Assembly (NCBI RefSeq): GCF_009834535.1
Contig: NC_045697.1
Location: 20,462,001 to 20,526,000, forward strand
Source: Camelus ferus
Taxonomy: Eukaryota
Direction: 5' to 3'
DNA: 64,000 bases
Part shown: positions 13,148 through 24,875 of the stretch, piece by piece
Layout of the letters: each line of letters opens with the position of its first letter
Position numbering within the stretch: position 1 is the first letter of the stretch
The notes under the pieces: model-generated
Databases searched by the model: none
Told to the model about the DNA's origin: nothing
Seen by the model: the letters and a program-made list of their open reading frames with translations, nothing else
Program-made: the position numbers and the translations under genes

Positions 13148-14490
13148 TGAAGGGTACCAGAATATGTCACCTCAAAACACACCTTTTCGGCGTACAAGTT
13201 ATTTTGAGCTGGAAGCCATTTAGAGCCAGCAGACCAAAAAAATCTCTGAATATAGGGCACACATTTTCTTTGTTTAAAGGTAATTTACATTTATAAAGAA
13301 AATTTCTATTTGTAAAGGTGTCTCCCTCTCACATACCAAGAAGAGAAATATTAGTGGATGGAAGACTCCCCCTTGAATGGGGATCCCACAAAAGATGGGT
13401 TCTTGCCTGATGGCTGGAAAGAAGTTACAGCTGAGGCAGAGGGACAAAGTGAAAGCTGCTTTATTTCTCAAAAGAGGAAAAGGAAGGAAGGTGCTCGAGT
13501 GCAGAAGAGGAAAGAAAGGCGTTCGAGCGAGGAGAAGGCACTGGAGCAGGGAGCCGTCAGCCAAGATGGCCCAGTAGAAACAGCTCCAGCAGTGGCTTTG
13601 GGCCACCTGGACTTTTACGGGAGGCTTCTGCCATCATGTCCTTGTTCCGGGTGTGCTGGAGCTAATCATTTTTCTTTTCCATCCTTGCATGTGGGCTTTT
13701 CTGGTTGTTGCCATGGCAATCATCAAAGGTCAAGGTGCCGGAGGGTACGTTGCTTAGCATGCCAGCGCATCACAGTGACCGTACAAGGACGCCCAAGGTC
13801 CAATGGAAGTCAAATCCTTGGCTCTACAGGTCCCAACTAGTTCGTATTTCTCCTCTTTGCCTCCTGAGACTTAGAGTAATTTGTTTCTATTTGAGGGAGG
13901 GGTATGATCCTGGAGGCAACAGCCTTGCTAACCAGGACCCTGCCCCAGGGCTGCACTATTGTTTCTTGACTGTTCCTCTCTTGTTTCTGCATTGCCTCCC
14001 TTCCCTGATTTGCAACTGTTTGAATCTGCCCTTTGGAACTCAGGGAAGGTTGAGGAAGCTGAATGAAGCCTATTTCCTACTTACAAGAAATGGGAAACAT
14101 GGAAAGATTTGTACCAAGGAGGACCCCACAGTGTCCTGCTACATATCAGGAAAGCTCAGCAACTCTTATTAATGATAAGGCATTGACTTAAATCTGCAGA
14201 ACAGACTTTACTAAACAACTCTTGTTCACCTTATTTGTCTTAGTCACCTTCCCATAACTTGCCTCCCCTTCCCGGAATCCCACAACCTCTTCCCCTTTGT
14301 TTAGCCTAGGATGGTATATGCAACCTTAATTATTTAACCATTGCCTTGAGCCCCTTCTCTTTGCATAGGTGTGTAATTAACACTGTGGGTTTCTTTTAAA
14401 CTCTTGTTAATCTCTCTCTTAACAGTTTGATTCACAGGCCCCAGGCAAGGAATCTTAGATGGGTAGAGGAAAAAAAATGTTTTTCATTCA
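13148..14490 (+). mobile_element. MER34-like LTR interrupted by a younger LTR
   Basis: Starts tgaagggtaccagaatatgtcacctcaaaa...ttattttgagctg; resumes near 14148 and ends near 14490. Confidence 0.65.
13355..14147 (-). mobile_element. Younger ERV LTR nested in the MER34-like LTR
   Basis: GC-richer block retaining CpGs, reverse AATAAA near 13460, ends ...tatca. Confidence 0.6.
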
Positions 14491-15581
14491 CTGTTGCCTC
14501 CCATCTGCCTTTAATTCACCTGCTCGTTTCACTCCTTACTTCATCATGTTTAGACTCAAATACCATGGAAAGACCTCTTTCCAACCTACTTTCTCTAAAA
14601 ATAATAGTCCCTGGCCTCTCCAAATCTGTCCCTCTGCAGTTTGCACTTACTCACTTCCTTCCACTTATCACTATATATCATTCTGTTATATGCTTACATG
14701 CTTATGTTGTACACTTACATGCTTACGTTCTGTCTCTCCTTCTAGAAAGTAAGCTTCATAAATTCAGGGTTACGTTCACTGATTAATCCTAACTACTAAG
14801 ACATTGCCTAGAATGTATTAGATGATTAATATGTAAATGTTGAGTAGATGAATGGATCCCCTCTTCTCAAATAATTCTTATAAGCAGCTTATTTTTCTAT
14901 TAAAATTAAATCTTACCCATTCAGAATAAAAAAAAAAAAACCACTACAGAATATTACTAAAGGTTCAAGGATAAGACAAATGAAGAGTTTAAAGGTAAAG
15001 TTATGAGTATGTTTTGAAGACAAGTGTATTGCACTTTTTTTTTTGCATTATCCGTAATTAGTATTTTTCTTTGTATCTGGTTAAGATTTTACCCAAGCAA
15101 AAGAATTAGAGGAGAGGGGAAGAGAAAAAAGGAGTAGAAACCTGTATTTGGGGATGCCTATTACGAAATAGCACCATGCTTGTGTATTTTAGGACAGAGT
15201 GATGGCCCACAAGCACAATTTTCAAAATGAGAACCGTGAGTCTTAATGTACCCAGCAATAAATTTTAAAAAGGGATAGAGAGAGAATTCAAACTGGACTT
15301 AGCTAACTCAAAAACCTGAATCATTTTTGCTAGTACTAATGCTATTTCATTCAAATTTTATTTCGGCAATTCTTAGATAACATTTAGGCTATGTTTGGGA
15401 AGGAGGAAGAATAAAATGCTAAACAGAACATTTTTTTAAAAATTATATAGAAATAATTGATAAAATGAATATAAAACAGTGTGCCTTACTTTCAAAAACA
15501 ATTTTTTTCTTTCAGTTTTTCTCCCTGCTTTATTCCTCATTTCTCCCCTTTCGCCAGGTTATGGTACACCAAAACTGATAC

Positions 15582-15664
15582 CTGGAATTGCAAATTTAGG
15601 GGAGCTAGAAAAGGGAAGGCTTGGGATGTAGATTTCAGACCTTTATAGTGAAATTGTATGAAAC
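15582..15664 (-). pseudogene. 83-bp exon remnant
   Basis: gtccttccag|...CCAG|gtatca; FHTISL*RSEIYIPSLPFSSSPKFAIP resembles the RGS IY..YI....SP segment. Confidence 0.4.
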
Positions 15665-15829
15665 CTGGAAGGACTGACAATTTTCCACTGTGACCCTCAC
15701 TCTTCTCACACACCTGTTTCTCTACATCCCTTCTTACACGTGAATTTACCCCCTAAATTTTCCTCCCAACACCACTTGATAAAAGCCACATTGCCAAAAT
15801 TCTGGCTGCTAATCTATAAAAAAAAATTC

Positions 15830-15975
15830 CTCCTTTTTCCAGGATCTATATTTGATTGAACAGTTTCTGAAATCAGCTGGGATTTGACTGAACATTCCCT
15901 GGCTCCCCAACCAAATGAAAAATTTGCACTCGCTTTCTCCTAGATAGCATGCTCTTTCAGAGATGTCTCACACCT
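15830..15975 (-). pseudogene. Exon-like remnant with GE...FFIWL motif
   Basis: Translation LGESECKFFIWLGSQG resembles the RGS22/RGSL1 GE....(F/W)W helix; boundaries uncertain. Confidence 0.35.
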
Positions 15976-15998
15976 GGCATTTAAAAATAATAACTTAC

Positions 15999-16616
15999 GG
16001 TAACGATGTTCTGGTTGATTTTCATCCAGAGTACATTTTCCCAGGGGGGCTTATTGATAAGACAGGGCTTCCTCTTCTGTGAAAAACTGCCTTCAAATTT
16101 ATCCTGAGTAGATTACAAGTGTAACCCCAGAGACTGACTTCCTTGGGTGCTCCTCAGTGTGGCCCTAGCTGATAGGGGTCTGAGGACACTCCCAGCAGTC
16201 CCAGCAGGCAGGCAGGGAGAATGATGAGCAACATCGATTCCACTGTGGTGCACTGAGCATTCCCCAATAGGGGCTCTGTCTGCTTCAGAAGCCAGCCTCG
16301 TTTTGTGCCTCTGTCCACCAGTGGACAAGGTCCCCGTGGAGCTTCTGGACAGTTCCTTGGTCCAGGTGCTGGAGAGGCATGCTGTGCAGCATGAAGACCA
16401 ACCAGTCAGACAGAGCTCCAGCCAGTCCACCTGAATGGCTGAATTCACATTTATTAGATGCTTCTGTCTCTTTGTCTCTAGGGGCATCCAAGCCAGAGTC
16501 CTCGTGACTGCTTAACAATGCTTCCTCTGGACTTAGAGTTTCACCATTCCTTTGAAATGCTGATTCGTTTTCCATCTATTCTTCTAATCTAATTCTTCTA
16601 AATTTTAACATTACAT
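15999..16616 (-). pseudogene. 618-bp exon remnant with premature stops
   Basis: Acceptor ctttgctttcattgacag and donor ACC|gtaagt; contains ORF 16285-16575 (…MPLQHLDQGTVQKLHGDLVHWWTEAQNEAGF*SRQSPYW). Confidence 0.55.
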
Positions 16617-17109
16617 CTGTCAATGAAAGCAAAGGAATTATTATTAGATTATTTAAATAAAAATTCAAAAGTATAAACTTTGAAATGATTTCAAAGATCT
16701 GTTTGAAAATTAGAATTGCTTTTTTAATCCATTTTTTTGGTTTTCTATGTTTGATTTTTCCTTTTTTTGTTGTTAACAATGTCTGTGAAATTTTTCAAGA
16801 TATCAGTATTAAAAATCTTAATCAGGTATTCTGAATAACTCCTTCAATGATAAAAAAAAAGTCATACTCACTGATGTAAGCACATTTTTTCTCATTAAAA
16901 TTTTGAGTATTTTATTTTAAAATTTATAGCAAATATTGTTATATTTCTCAAAACTGGATTTGTTTTCTTAGAAAATGAAATGAGTCTTTTCAACAAGCCT
17001 CTTATAAATAAAAGTTCCCAAATCCAGTCTACCCCATTGTGACAAGTAAATTTTATTATTTTCTATATATGGCACAATGTAAACAATGCTGAGAAGCCCT
17101 GACTTAAAG

Positions 17110-17525
17110 AATTTACAGAGGCTTCTGGTCTCTGGGCTTAGAACTTGTGATCACTGAATACTTGTGTATCCATTGGCTGAAAAGATCATGTAAAAAATAC
17201 AGCCAATCCATATTGACGTAACTTCGTGAGAGTTACACAGTGCAGGCATAATCTTGAAAATCACCTCTAAACTCTTTTTAAATAGATAAGAGATAGACAG
17301 AATGAAGAACAGATAGATAGATGGTAGACAGATAAAGAAAAAAAGAAAGAGGAGATATATAGGTATATTCTCAATAAATGTTCATATGCCACAGTTTCAT
17401 TTTTGTATTTTCTGGAATTCAAGTATTTGAGGACATGCTGCCCTCTGCACCAGCACCCTCCCCAAAATACCAACCCAGCTAGCATGATTCACCCCTTATG
17501 ATGACATCTATCAGCCAGTTATTTC
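17110..17525 (-). pseudogene. Two exon-like remnants (NWLIDVII..MLAGLVF; DWLYFLHDL)
   Basis: Motifs resemble the AL.AD..AG.PF and L.(F/L)W.DL start of RGSL1/RGS22 RGS-like modules; a frameshift is needed; separated by low-complexity sequence at about 17280-17370. Confidence 0.35.
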
Positions 17526-17628
17526 ACTTTATTTTATAATGTGGAAATTTGTAGCTAATTATATTGTTACCTTCTGTAGCCAAATAGACTCCACATGGCC
17601 TCTAACCCAAATATTGGCTCTCCAGTTG

Positions 17629-17631
17629 AAA

Positions 17632-17711
<80 letters not shown>

Positions 17712-17745
17712 GAAGAAAGGAAGAAAGAAAGGAAAAGAAAAAGAG
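17629..17745. repeat. (AAAG)n microsatellite
   Basis: About 19 perfect units plus a degenerate tail. Confidence 0.97.
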
Positions 17746-18566
17746 GTTAAAAGAAGCTTTAAGCATTCCTAGTAGCACAGCCCACTCCACCGTTTAGAAA
17801 TCCAGTTTCTAAAAGAAGTAGTTTTGCATTTGCAGACATTTCTCTTGGTTTGTGTCTACACAAGTACTCATGGACTATGGATGATGTAATGTCCAATAAA
17901 AGGAATAAATTTAGGGAAAATTTTTAGGCATCTTGACTTGTTGGTAGCAGAGAGATTTTCAATATGTGCACGTCTCCACTGCAACTTTCTGCTCCTTGAT
18001 GTAAAGGTTGCCTTTTCTAACCTGTGTTTCAATCACTTTCTATGGTGGTTTTGGGGCTACCTGTGTCCTGTACTGATGTGATTGTGTTGGTATCATTTTA
18101 AATGACAGGTTTTCTAGTTTATGTTGTTTTATGTTTTTATAATTTGACTAAAGGTTTACTTGTACAAAGAATCAGATAAATAATAACTATATGAAAATTA
18201 TTAATTATGGTGTGAGCATGGAAAGTGGTAAAATGAGTAGATGTGATCTGTTTAATATTTCAGAGACTGAATCAGCTTTCAAGTTCATCTCTATGATAAG
18301 TTTAGTTACTTAAATCTTAAAATCCCTTACATATGATTAAGGTGCCAATGCGATTAAACACTTAAGCTTTGAATAGCCTCCAAAAAAGATGATCGCAGAG
18401 GAATTATCTGTCCCTATGAGCAAATAAAATCTTTGATAATATCATCACCGATTCTGTTTACAATTTCTGACTGACAGCTTAGAGCAGATGGGAGATGGAG
18501 AACCAAGGGGCTTCATTACTTTAAAGGTTTTAAATTAATGCCCACAGGATTTAAAGAAATGGTGGT

Positions 18567-18955
18567 GATATATGAAAACAGGTTTCTATAGGGAAATCAA
18601 CATTATTTTTACAATGTGCATCATTTTGGGCCATTCTAATCTTCTGTAGTAGAGAGTAACCTTTGTTTTGTTGGAGGTTTACATGGACATCATAACCTGG
18701 CCCACGGGGAAGGCTGTAAGAACAAAGAACGCCTGCAGCAAGAAGATTGCAACAATCAACCACACCCCCTCCCTTGTTTTTTTGTATAAAAGGAGCCTGT
18801 ATTCTGACTAGAGCAGAATGGTTCTTCAAGACCTTAATCTGCCATCCTTTTGGTCTGCTGGCTTTATGAATAAAGCTGCTATTCCTTGCCCCAACACCTC
18901 CTCTCCCGATTTATTGGCCTGTCGGGCAGCAAGCAGAAGAGTTTGGACTTGGCAA
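18567..18955 (+). mobile_element. Solo ERV1 LTR with TATA and polyA signal
   Basis: tataaaa near 18785, aataaa near 18869, U5-like ending. Confidence 0.7.
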
Positions 18956-19124
18956 AAATTTCATTCCCTTTTTAGACAAAGAAACTGAAGTTGATAGAGG
19001 AAAAATTTTGCCAATTCATAGGCTATATTTTTAAATTCTGAAAAAATAAGCCTAGAAGAAAAGCAAATATGAACAAGAAAATATCTTAATAAAATTCAAA
19101 AAATATATATTTTTAATAACTCAC

Positions 19125-19167
19125 TGCCATTTGGTGTATCACTACTTGACTGTGAAAAGCAAGAGAT
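19125..19167 (-). pseudogene. Short exon candidate
   Basis: gatcctttacag|ATCTCT...GGCA|gtgagt with consensus splice sites; ISCFSQSSSDTPNG. Confidence 0.35.
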
Positions 19168-20774
19168 CTGTAAAGGATCAGTTAATGTAAAATTTTTTTT
19201 GCTAAAAGCATTTTGGTTATTGTCAAACATAACAGGAGGGAGTGACTTGGGCCACTTGGAAAAGAACAGTTCAATAAACATCATTAATATATACTTTGAA
19301 AATAATTAAATCTAATGAATTTATCCATTTTTGAGCAAAGCCTAATATAGAGTATTTAGCTCAACTGTATTATTTAACCTAAGATGAGAACTTTCTTTTT
19401 ACTTATTAAATCTCACTATAAATGTCTGTATCTCTGGGATGCGATGAAGAATCACAGTGAAAACTGTTTAGAAAAAGAGAAAAAGAAAATACACTTGCTC
19501 AGTAATAGCCCTTAGCTTTCTTCCTTCAAATGTCCTGTCTACCTCTTACAACATTTCTAACCAGGAAAGATCGTAACGGGTGAGTTGGCAATTATCAATC
19601 CTTAGGACCCATGGAATTAAGAGCAATATATTTCAGGAACAAACACAAACCAGAATTTGTACCATACCACCTTTTTGGGGGTAGGATTGCAGAACAGAGT
19701 ATAAATTCAGCAGCTCAGACCCAAAATACATTTAGACCAACAATGATCCATTGGTCTAAAACATTGTACACAGGGGAGCTTTAAATAAGATGTAATCGTT
19801 TATTATCAGGGTGATTTATTTTTGCATGTCAAAACCAGCCCACTAACTAACGTTGATTTTGCCTCACCTTCATATTTTCTTTGTCCTTGTTCTCTCATTC
19901 GCCCCTTTCTTCTCAGACCCATCTTTTTTTTTTTTTTCTTTAATCTTCCTCTTCCTTTTTTTTTTTTTTTTGAGGTTTAAATCCAATTTGGAAAAAAAAG
20001 GAAGTATGTGAGATCAACAGAGAGTGCCTGGAAGCACATGGCTTCAAAACTTTGACTATTAAATGCCCTTTTTGTGCAATCAATGTAGAATTTAAAAAGA
20101 AAAGATAGCTGTTCAAATAATTAGATGTAACCAGAGAAAGCACTCTAACCCCATCCCTCTCTCCCTCTCTCATAGCCACCCTGTTATGTTTTTATACATA
20201 GTTTATCTACTGCTGACTGTAGGCTATTTATGAAGAATTGCTTAAAAACAAACCAAAGTCCGAATCTGAAGATAATTATTTTGATCATCATTACATTAGG
20301 ATGGATTTTAATGCAATCAGTGCATTAATTTCATTATCTAGTACTACAATAGAAGACATAGCAATCTAGCCTGTCCTCCCTTATTTCGCAGATAAAGATG
20401 GTGAAATCCAGAGAGGTTATGTATCTTTCCTGAACACTGGTTTTTTAGTGAAATATCAAGTACTAACACCCAACTTTCCCATTGTCACCCGTCTATACTC
20501 TACCATGTAACAATATTTTAAGGAAAGCATGCTAAATTCTTTCTCATGTATTAGTATGTCATAAAAGCATTTTTACATTCATTTAAAATAGTAAATATAT
20601 TTTAATATTAAACCCCCCATAGTAACTTCAAAATCAACAATTCAACTGACACCACTTTATCTCCCCTCAAAATCTACTAATATTTTCTTTTTTCTCTCTC
20701 CGATTTTGATTAATTATGGAGTGATTATCCCAATTTTCTAAGCAAGAAATCTAGGAATCATTTGAGAGCTGAGG

Positions 20775-21340
20775 TTTTTTTTAAGTTAATTTTATTTTTT
20801 AACTTTTTAATATATATTTTTATCGAAGTACAGTTAGTTTACAATGTGTCAATTTCTGGTGTACAGCACAATACTTTAGTCACATACGAATATACGTATA
20901 TTTGTTCTCATATTCTTCTTCACCATATGTTACAAGAAATTGGATATGGTTCCCTGTGCTATAAAGTATAAACTTGTTGTTTATCTACTTTATATATATT
21001 AGTATCTGCAAATCTTGAACTCCCAATTTATCCCTTCCCATCTCCCAACCCCCCTGGTAATAATACGTTTTTGTGAGTCTGTTTCTGTTTTGTAAATAAG
21101 TTCGTTTGTCTCTCTCTCTTTTTTTTTCTTCTTAGATTCCATGTATAAATGATCTTGTATTTTTTCTTTCTCTTTCTGGCTTACTTCACTTAGAATGACA
21201 GATGACTGGATAAAGAAGCTGTGGTATATTTATACAATGGAATACTACTCAGCCATAAAAAATAATAAAATAATGCCATTTGCAGCAACGTGGATGAGCC
21301 TGTAGAATGTCATTCTAAGTGAAGTAAGCCAGACAGAATT
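20775..21340 (-). mobile_element. L1 3' end with inverted 5' segment
   Basis: Antisense L1 3'UTR at 20775-21199 joined to an opposite-orientation L1 piece at 21200-21336. Confidence 0.85.
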
Positions 21341-21370
21341 TTTTTTTTTAAGGCAAGATCTATATATGAG

Positions 21371-21725
21371 TGTAATGGTCTTTTTGACAACTTCAGTAGG
21401 CTAAGTTGCCAGTTATCTAACCCACCCTTAATCTAGTATTACTATAAAGATATCTTGTAGATGTGATTAAAATCAATAATCAGATGTCTTCAAGGAAGAG
21501 AGATTATCCTAGATAATCTGCAGCTTCAGCCATGCTTGAGAGTTTCAGTTAATCCTTCTTGACAGCCTGCCATAGAGAATTGTGTAAGTTAATTCCTTGC
21601 AATAGATAGACAAAGATACAGATGTAGACACAGATACAGGGATAGAAAATATAGACAGATGATGATAGAGATAGAGATAAACTCCTACTGATTTTACCTC
21701 TCTGGTTGAACTCTGATTGATACTC
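21371..21725 (+). mobile_element. MLT2-like (ERVL) LTR
   Basis: tgtaatggt...gtagatgtgattaaaatc...ctctggttgaactctgattgatac. Confidence 0.65.
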
Positions 21726-22944
21726 TGAGCTTGAATTTCAAGGTATCTGAGAAAACTACCTGTAATTATATGTAACATTTGTGTGTGCTAACATGTGTGT
21801 GTTTAATGAAGAAGGGGAGGATTTTAGAATCACTTGTGTAGATTCTTCCTTTTCATTTAGTCCCCATATCTAATTGGACAAAAAGGTACTTTCATGTCCA
21901 ACTTCTTAAAATCATGTTAATCTATCTGCTTCACTTATTCTCCACTGACTGCCTTATTTCATGCCTCCCTGATTTTTCTCTCAAACCATTTGTAATAGTC
22001 TTGTTAATGGGTTATCCGGTTCTAGTTTCTTCTCCTTTGCATGCCACTCTCCACAATGGTGCTAGAGTGATCTTTCTGAAAACCAGTCTCAATCAGTCAA
22101 GTGTTTCCAGTCACCCAAACTCCTTAAATGTAAGAACAAGGCTAAGACCTGATAATTCCAATTTTCTAACTTCAGTTACTATCAGTTTCCCATATGTTCT
22201 GGGGATCTTGCGTCTCTGAGCCCATTTATAATCCCTGAACTTGGCACACATTTTAAAATACTTGTTTCTACTGCAAGAAAGTCCACCATTCTTGTACCAC
22301 TTGTCTGAAAACTTTCCTTTCCTTTGACATTCAAAAAGATGGGAACTCTTTAAGACGTCTTCCCTGTCCTCTCCAGGCACAGTTAAAAACGTCTTTCTTT
22401 CTGAGTCCATGTGTACATAATTGTACCATATCTTGTTTGTCTTTATCTCTTTATTATCTATCTATCTATCTAATCTGTGAATCTATGTAATTTTGGTTCT
22501 CTAATTGAAATATGAGTATGTGAAGGGAGGGATCTTTTATTCCTCATATTTCTAGATACCACTAGTTTAATTTTTAGAATTTAGTGTCATCATTTTATTT
22601 TAAATGAAAATTATAGAAATAATTGCATTCTATCAATATTTACATCAAATAAGATTTGGGGGTGTTTTGTGCCTACAATAATTTTTGCAACTGTGCTGCT
22701 CAGAGATTTGCCATAATCCACTGTGATGATTTCATGAATGGTGTTATATTTTCAGTGCTTTTTGTTAAATTGTTGGCTTATTGACATTTAAAGTTTGTAT
22801 ACATAAGTCGTATACACCTTAAGAATTAGCCCCTTCTTTATCCCCAATTTGCCTCATACCTTTGAATGGGTACACATAATCCTACAGAAAATAAAGAAAT
22901 ATACAAAGCAAATAAATAAAAGATAACCAAAATTCCGTCCTAAA

Positions 22945-23733
22945 TGTAGGAACCCATGATTGGGTTAACAAATTGTAACAGACCCCAGCCGCTTGTCTCC
23001 TTAAAGAAGAGCAAATGTGCTTAGTAACTGCCTTGCTTGCATAGTTGAGGTTTTAGATAGCACTCTGCTCCTTGCAAATTAACGACCCAGGCCCTCGGCT
23101 ATAAACGCTGGGCGTGCCTACTGTTAGACAGTCTTCTATCCCCAAAGCAAGGAACTGGCTGGGCTGGTGGTCTGCTTTAGCATATCTATAAGAATGTATC
23201 TTGCTCCCCTCTTCCCATGACTTCCCTAAAGGTAAACTGTAGGCCCCCAAAGGAACGAGTGTTGGGCCGGAATGGTAAACAAGTTATAAGAAGCTGCAGA
23301 CTCAGAGGTGAGAAGGCTGGTTAGCCAATGATAGGTAAGACCCCCAGAGGGGGGCGACCTAAGACAGGCACAGCCGCCTGAGTCCAAAAAAAAGGTTAAG
23401 CAGCTTCTCAGACTTCTGCCCTGATAAGCTGTAAGGCTCGCTGATGCCAACACGAACATGATCTACCAAAAGATAAAGGGTCTTCTGACCTTGAACCAGA
23501 CTCTACAGTCTCGATCCCACCCTGTCTTTCCCTAAATTCCTGCATTCCATCACACAATTGTCAATGATTTCTCCTTTGATTGTACACAATAAATATGGGA
23601 GCATTTGAGAGGTTCGTGGAGTTGGCTCCCAACTCCCTCTCGCTCTCTTGACTTTTTCCAGAGTCTCGAGTAGTTCATTGTGACTCGGTGGGACTTCTGC
23701 CAGCCAGAACCCACAACTGGTGATGAACCCACA
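22945..23733 (+). mobile_element. Young solo ERV LTR with 6-bp TSD
   Basis: TG...CA termini, flanks cctaaa / cctaag, aataaa near 23588. Confidence 0.75.
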
Positions 23734-24459
23734 CCTAAGTTTCTGAACTTTGTGTCCTACTATTAGACCTGCCTTACTAGTTCTCACTGTGCTGTGACTT
23801 CTCCCCCTTACCTTGAATCATTGACAAAATCATACAATCTTGGCTAGATTATAAACTCTAAAAAGAGAGGAATTGTCAGTCTTACCCTAGCACATTGTCT
23901 GGCACATGGTAGTTCATAAATACTTTCTAGACCTTGAATGAACATATTTTGCTCTCACCATTTTTCTTTTATTTTTTCATAAATCTTTATGACTCTATAG
24001 AATATTTGCTTTTATTTTTTTGTCATATTTTAATTGATTTAGAAATGTTTAAGACCCTTCTACTACATGATTTCTAAAGTTTCTTTTAAAAATAATGTTT
24101 GTTAAAGTTCCACATAAAGGGATTTGAGTCAGTACATTAGGCAGTAATCCAGTTAGGCTGGCATATCTGACCATGACTGTTTTTCATTCAGTTTTTAACT
24201 CTTCAAGGTGATTGTCTCCTTTTTATCATTCTACAAAGCATTTCTCTTTGGGATAAAGTAAATACAAACTTTTGATAAACATATTATTATAAATTAAGCT
24301 CCAGAATTTCACATATTTTATTTTGGTTTAAATTTACATTCTTGAAAATAATCAGAAAAATTTATCTATTTGATACATAAACATCAATTATATCTGTAAG
24401 TAGATATTTGATTTATTTCCTCATCATACGCAAAATAATTCATTCCTACCTTATATATT

Positions 24460-24606
24460 TTTTAAAAAATTTTAAACTTTTTTGGGGGGAGGTAATTATG
24501 TTTATTTATTTATTAATTTTAATTTTTTTTTTAATGGAGATACTGAGGATTGAACCCAGGACCTTGTGCATGCTAAGCATGTGCTCTACCACTGAGCTAT
24601 GCCCTA
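24460..24606 (-). mobile_element. Vic-1-type SINE
   Basis: ggattgaacccaggaccttgtgcatgctaagcatgtgctctaccactgagctat. Confidence 0.85.
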
Positions 24607-24619
24607 CCACCTTTCTACC

Positions 24620-24875
24620 TAATATTTGACGGCAGGCTGTATTTTCCCTCAGAAGTTCTGACTGCTGGATAATTTCAACTTGTCCTTCTGATTGGTTGGT
24701 TGTTTTTTTGTTGTATGTTTTATGAGCGACATGCCAACTTATTTCAAAATGGCCTTCAGCCAGGATGAAAATCGATGAAACTCCTTCAAGTTTAAGGAGT
24801 CGCTTGTCCCTTTAATGCCATCTTGAGTCTTCTTTGCTGTGTGTGTCGAGATATAACTGAAAGATTCATCTCCGG
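24620..24875 (-). pseudogene. Exon-like remnant
   Basis: Long frame DESFSY...LNLKEFHRFSSWLKAILK*VGMS with few stops; ends near TAG|gtagaa. Confidence 0.3.

Noticed and set aside
13274..14172. ORFs of 110-160 aa, the longest in the window
   Set aside because: They lie in a GC-rich nested LTR, overlap on both strands and show no recognisable gag, pol or env motif.
16113..16487. 124-aa ORF and a hydrophobic MLLIILPACLLGLLG frame suggesting a membrane protein
   Set aside because: Alternative frames of the decayed exon; the frame with RGSL1-like similarity explains the block better.
17539..17790. KERK-repeat and FFLS-repeat ORFs
   Set aside because: Translations of the (AAAG)n microsatellite.
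19731..19760. Hairpin tttagaccaa-N10-ttggtctaaa
   Set aside because: Too short for a pre-miRNA or MITE; no TSD or second copy seen.
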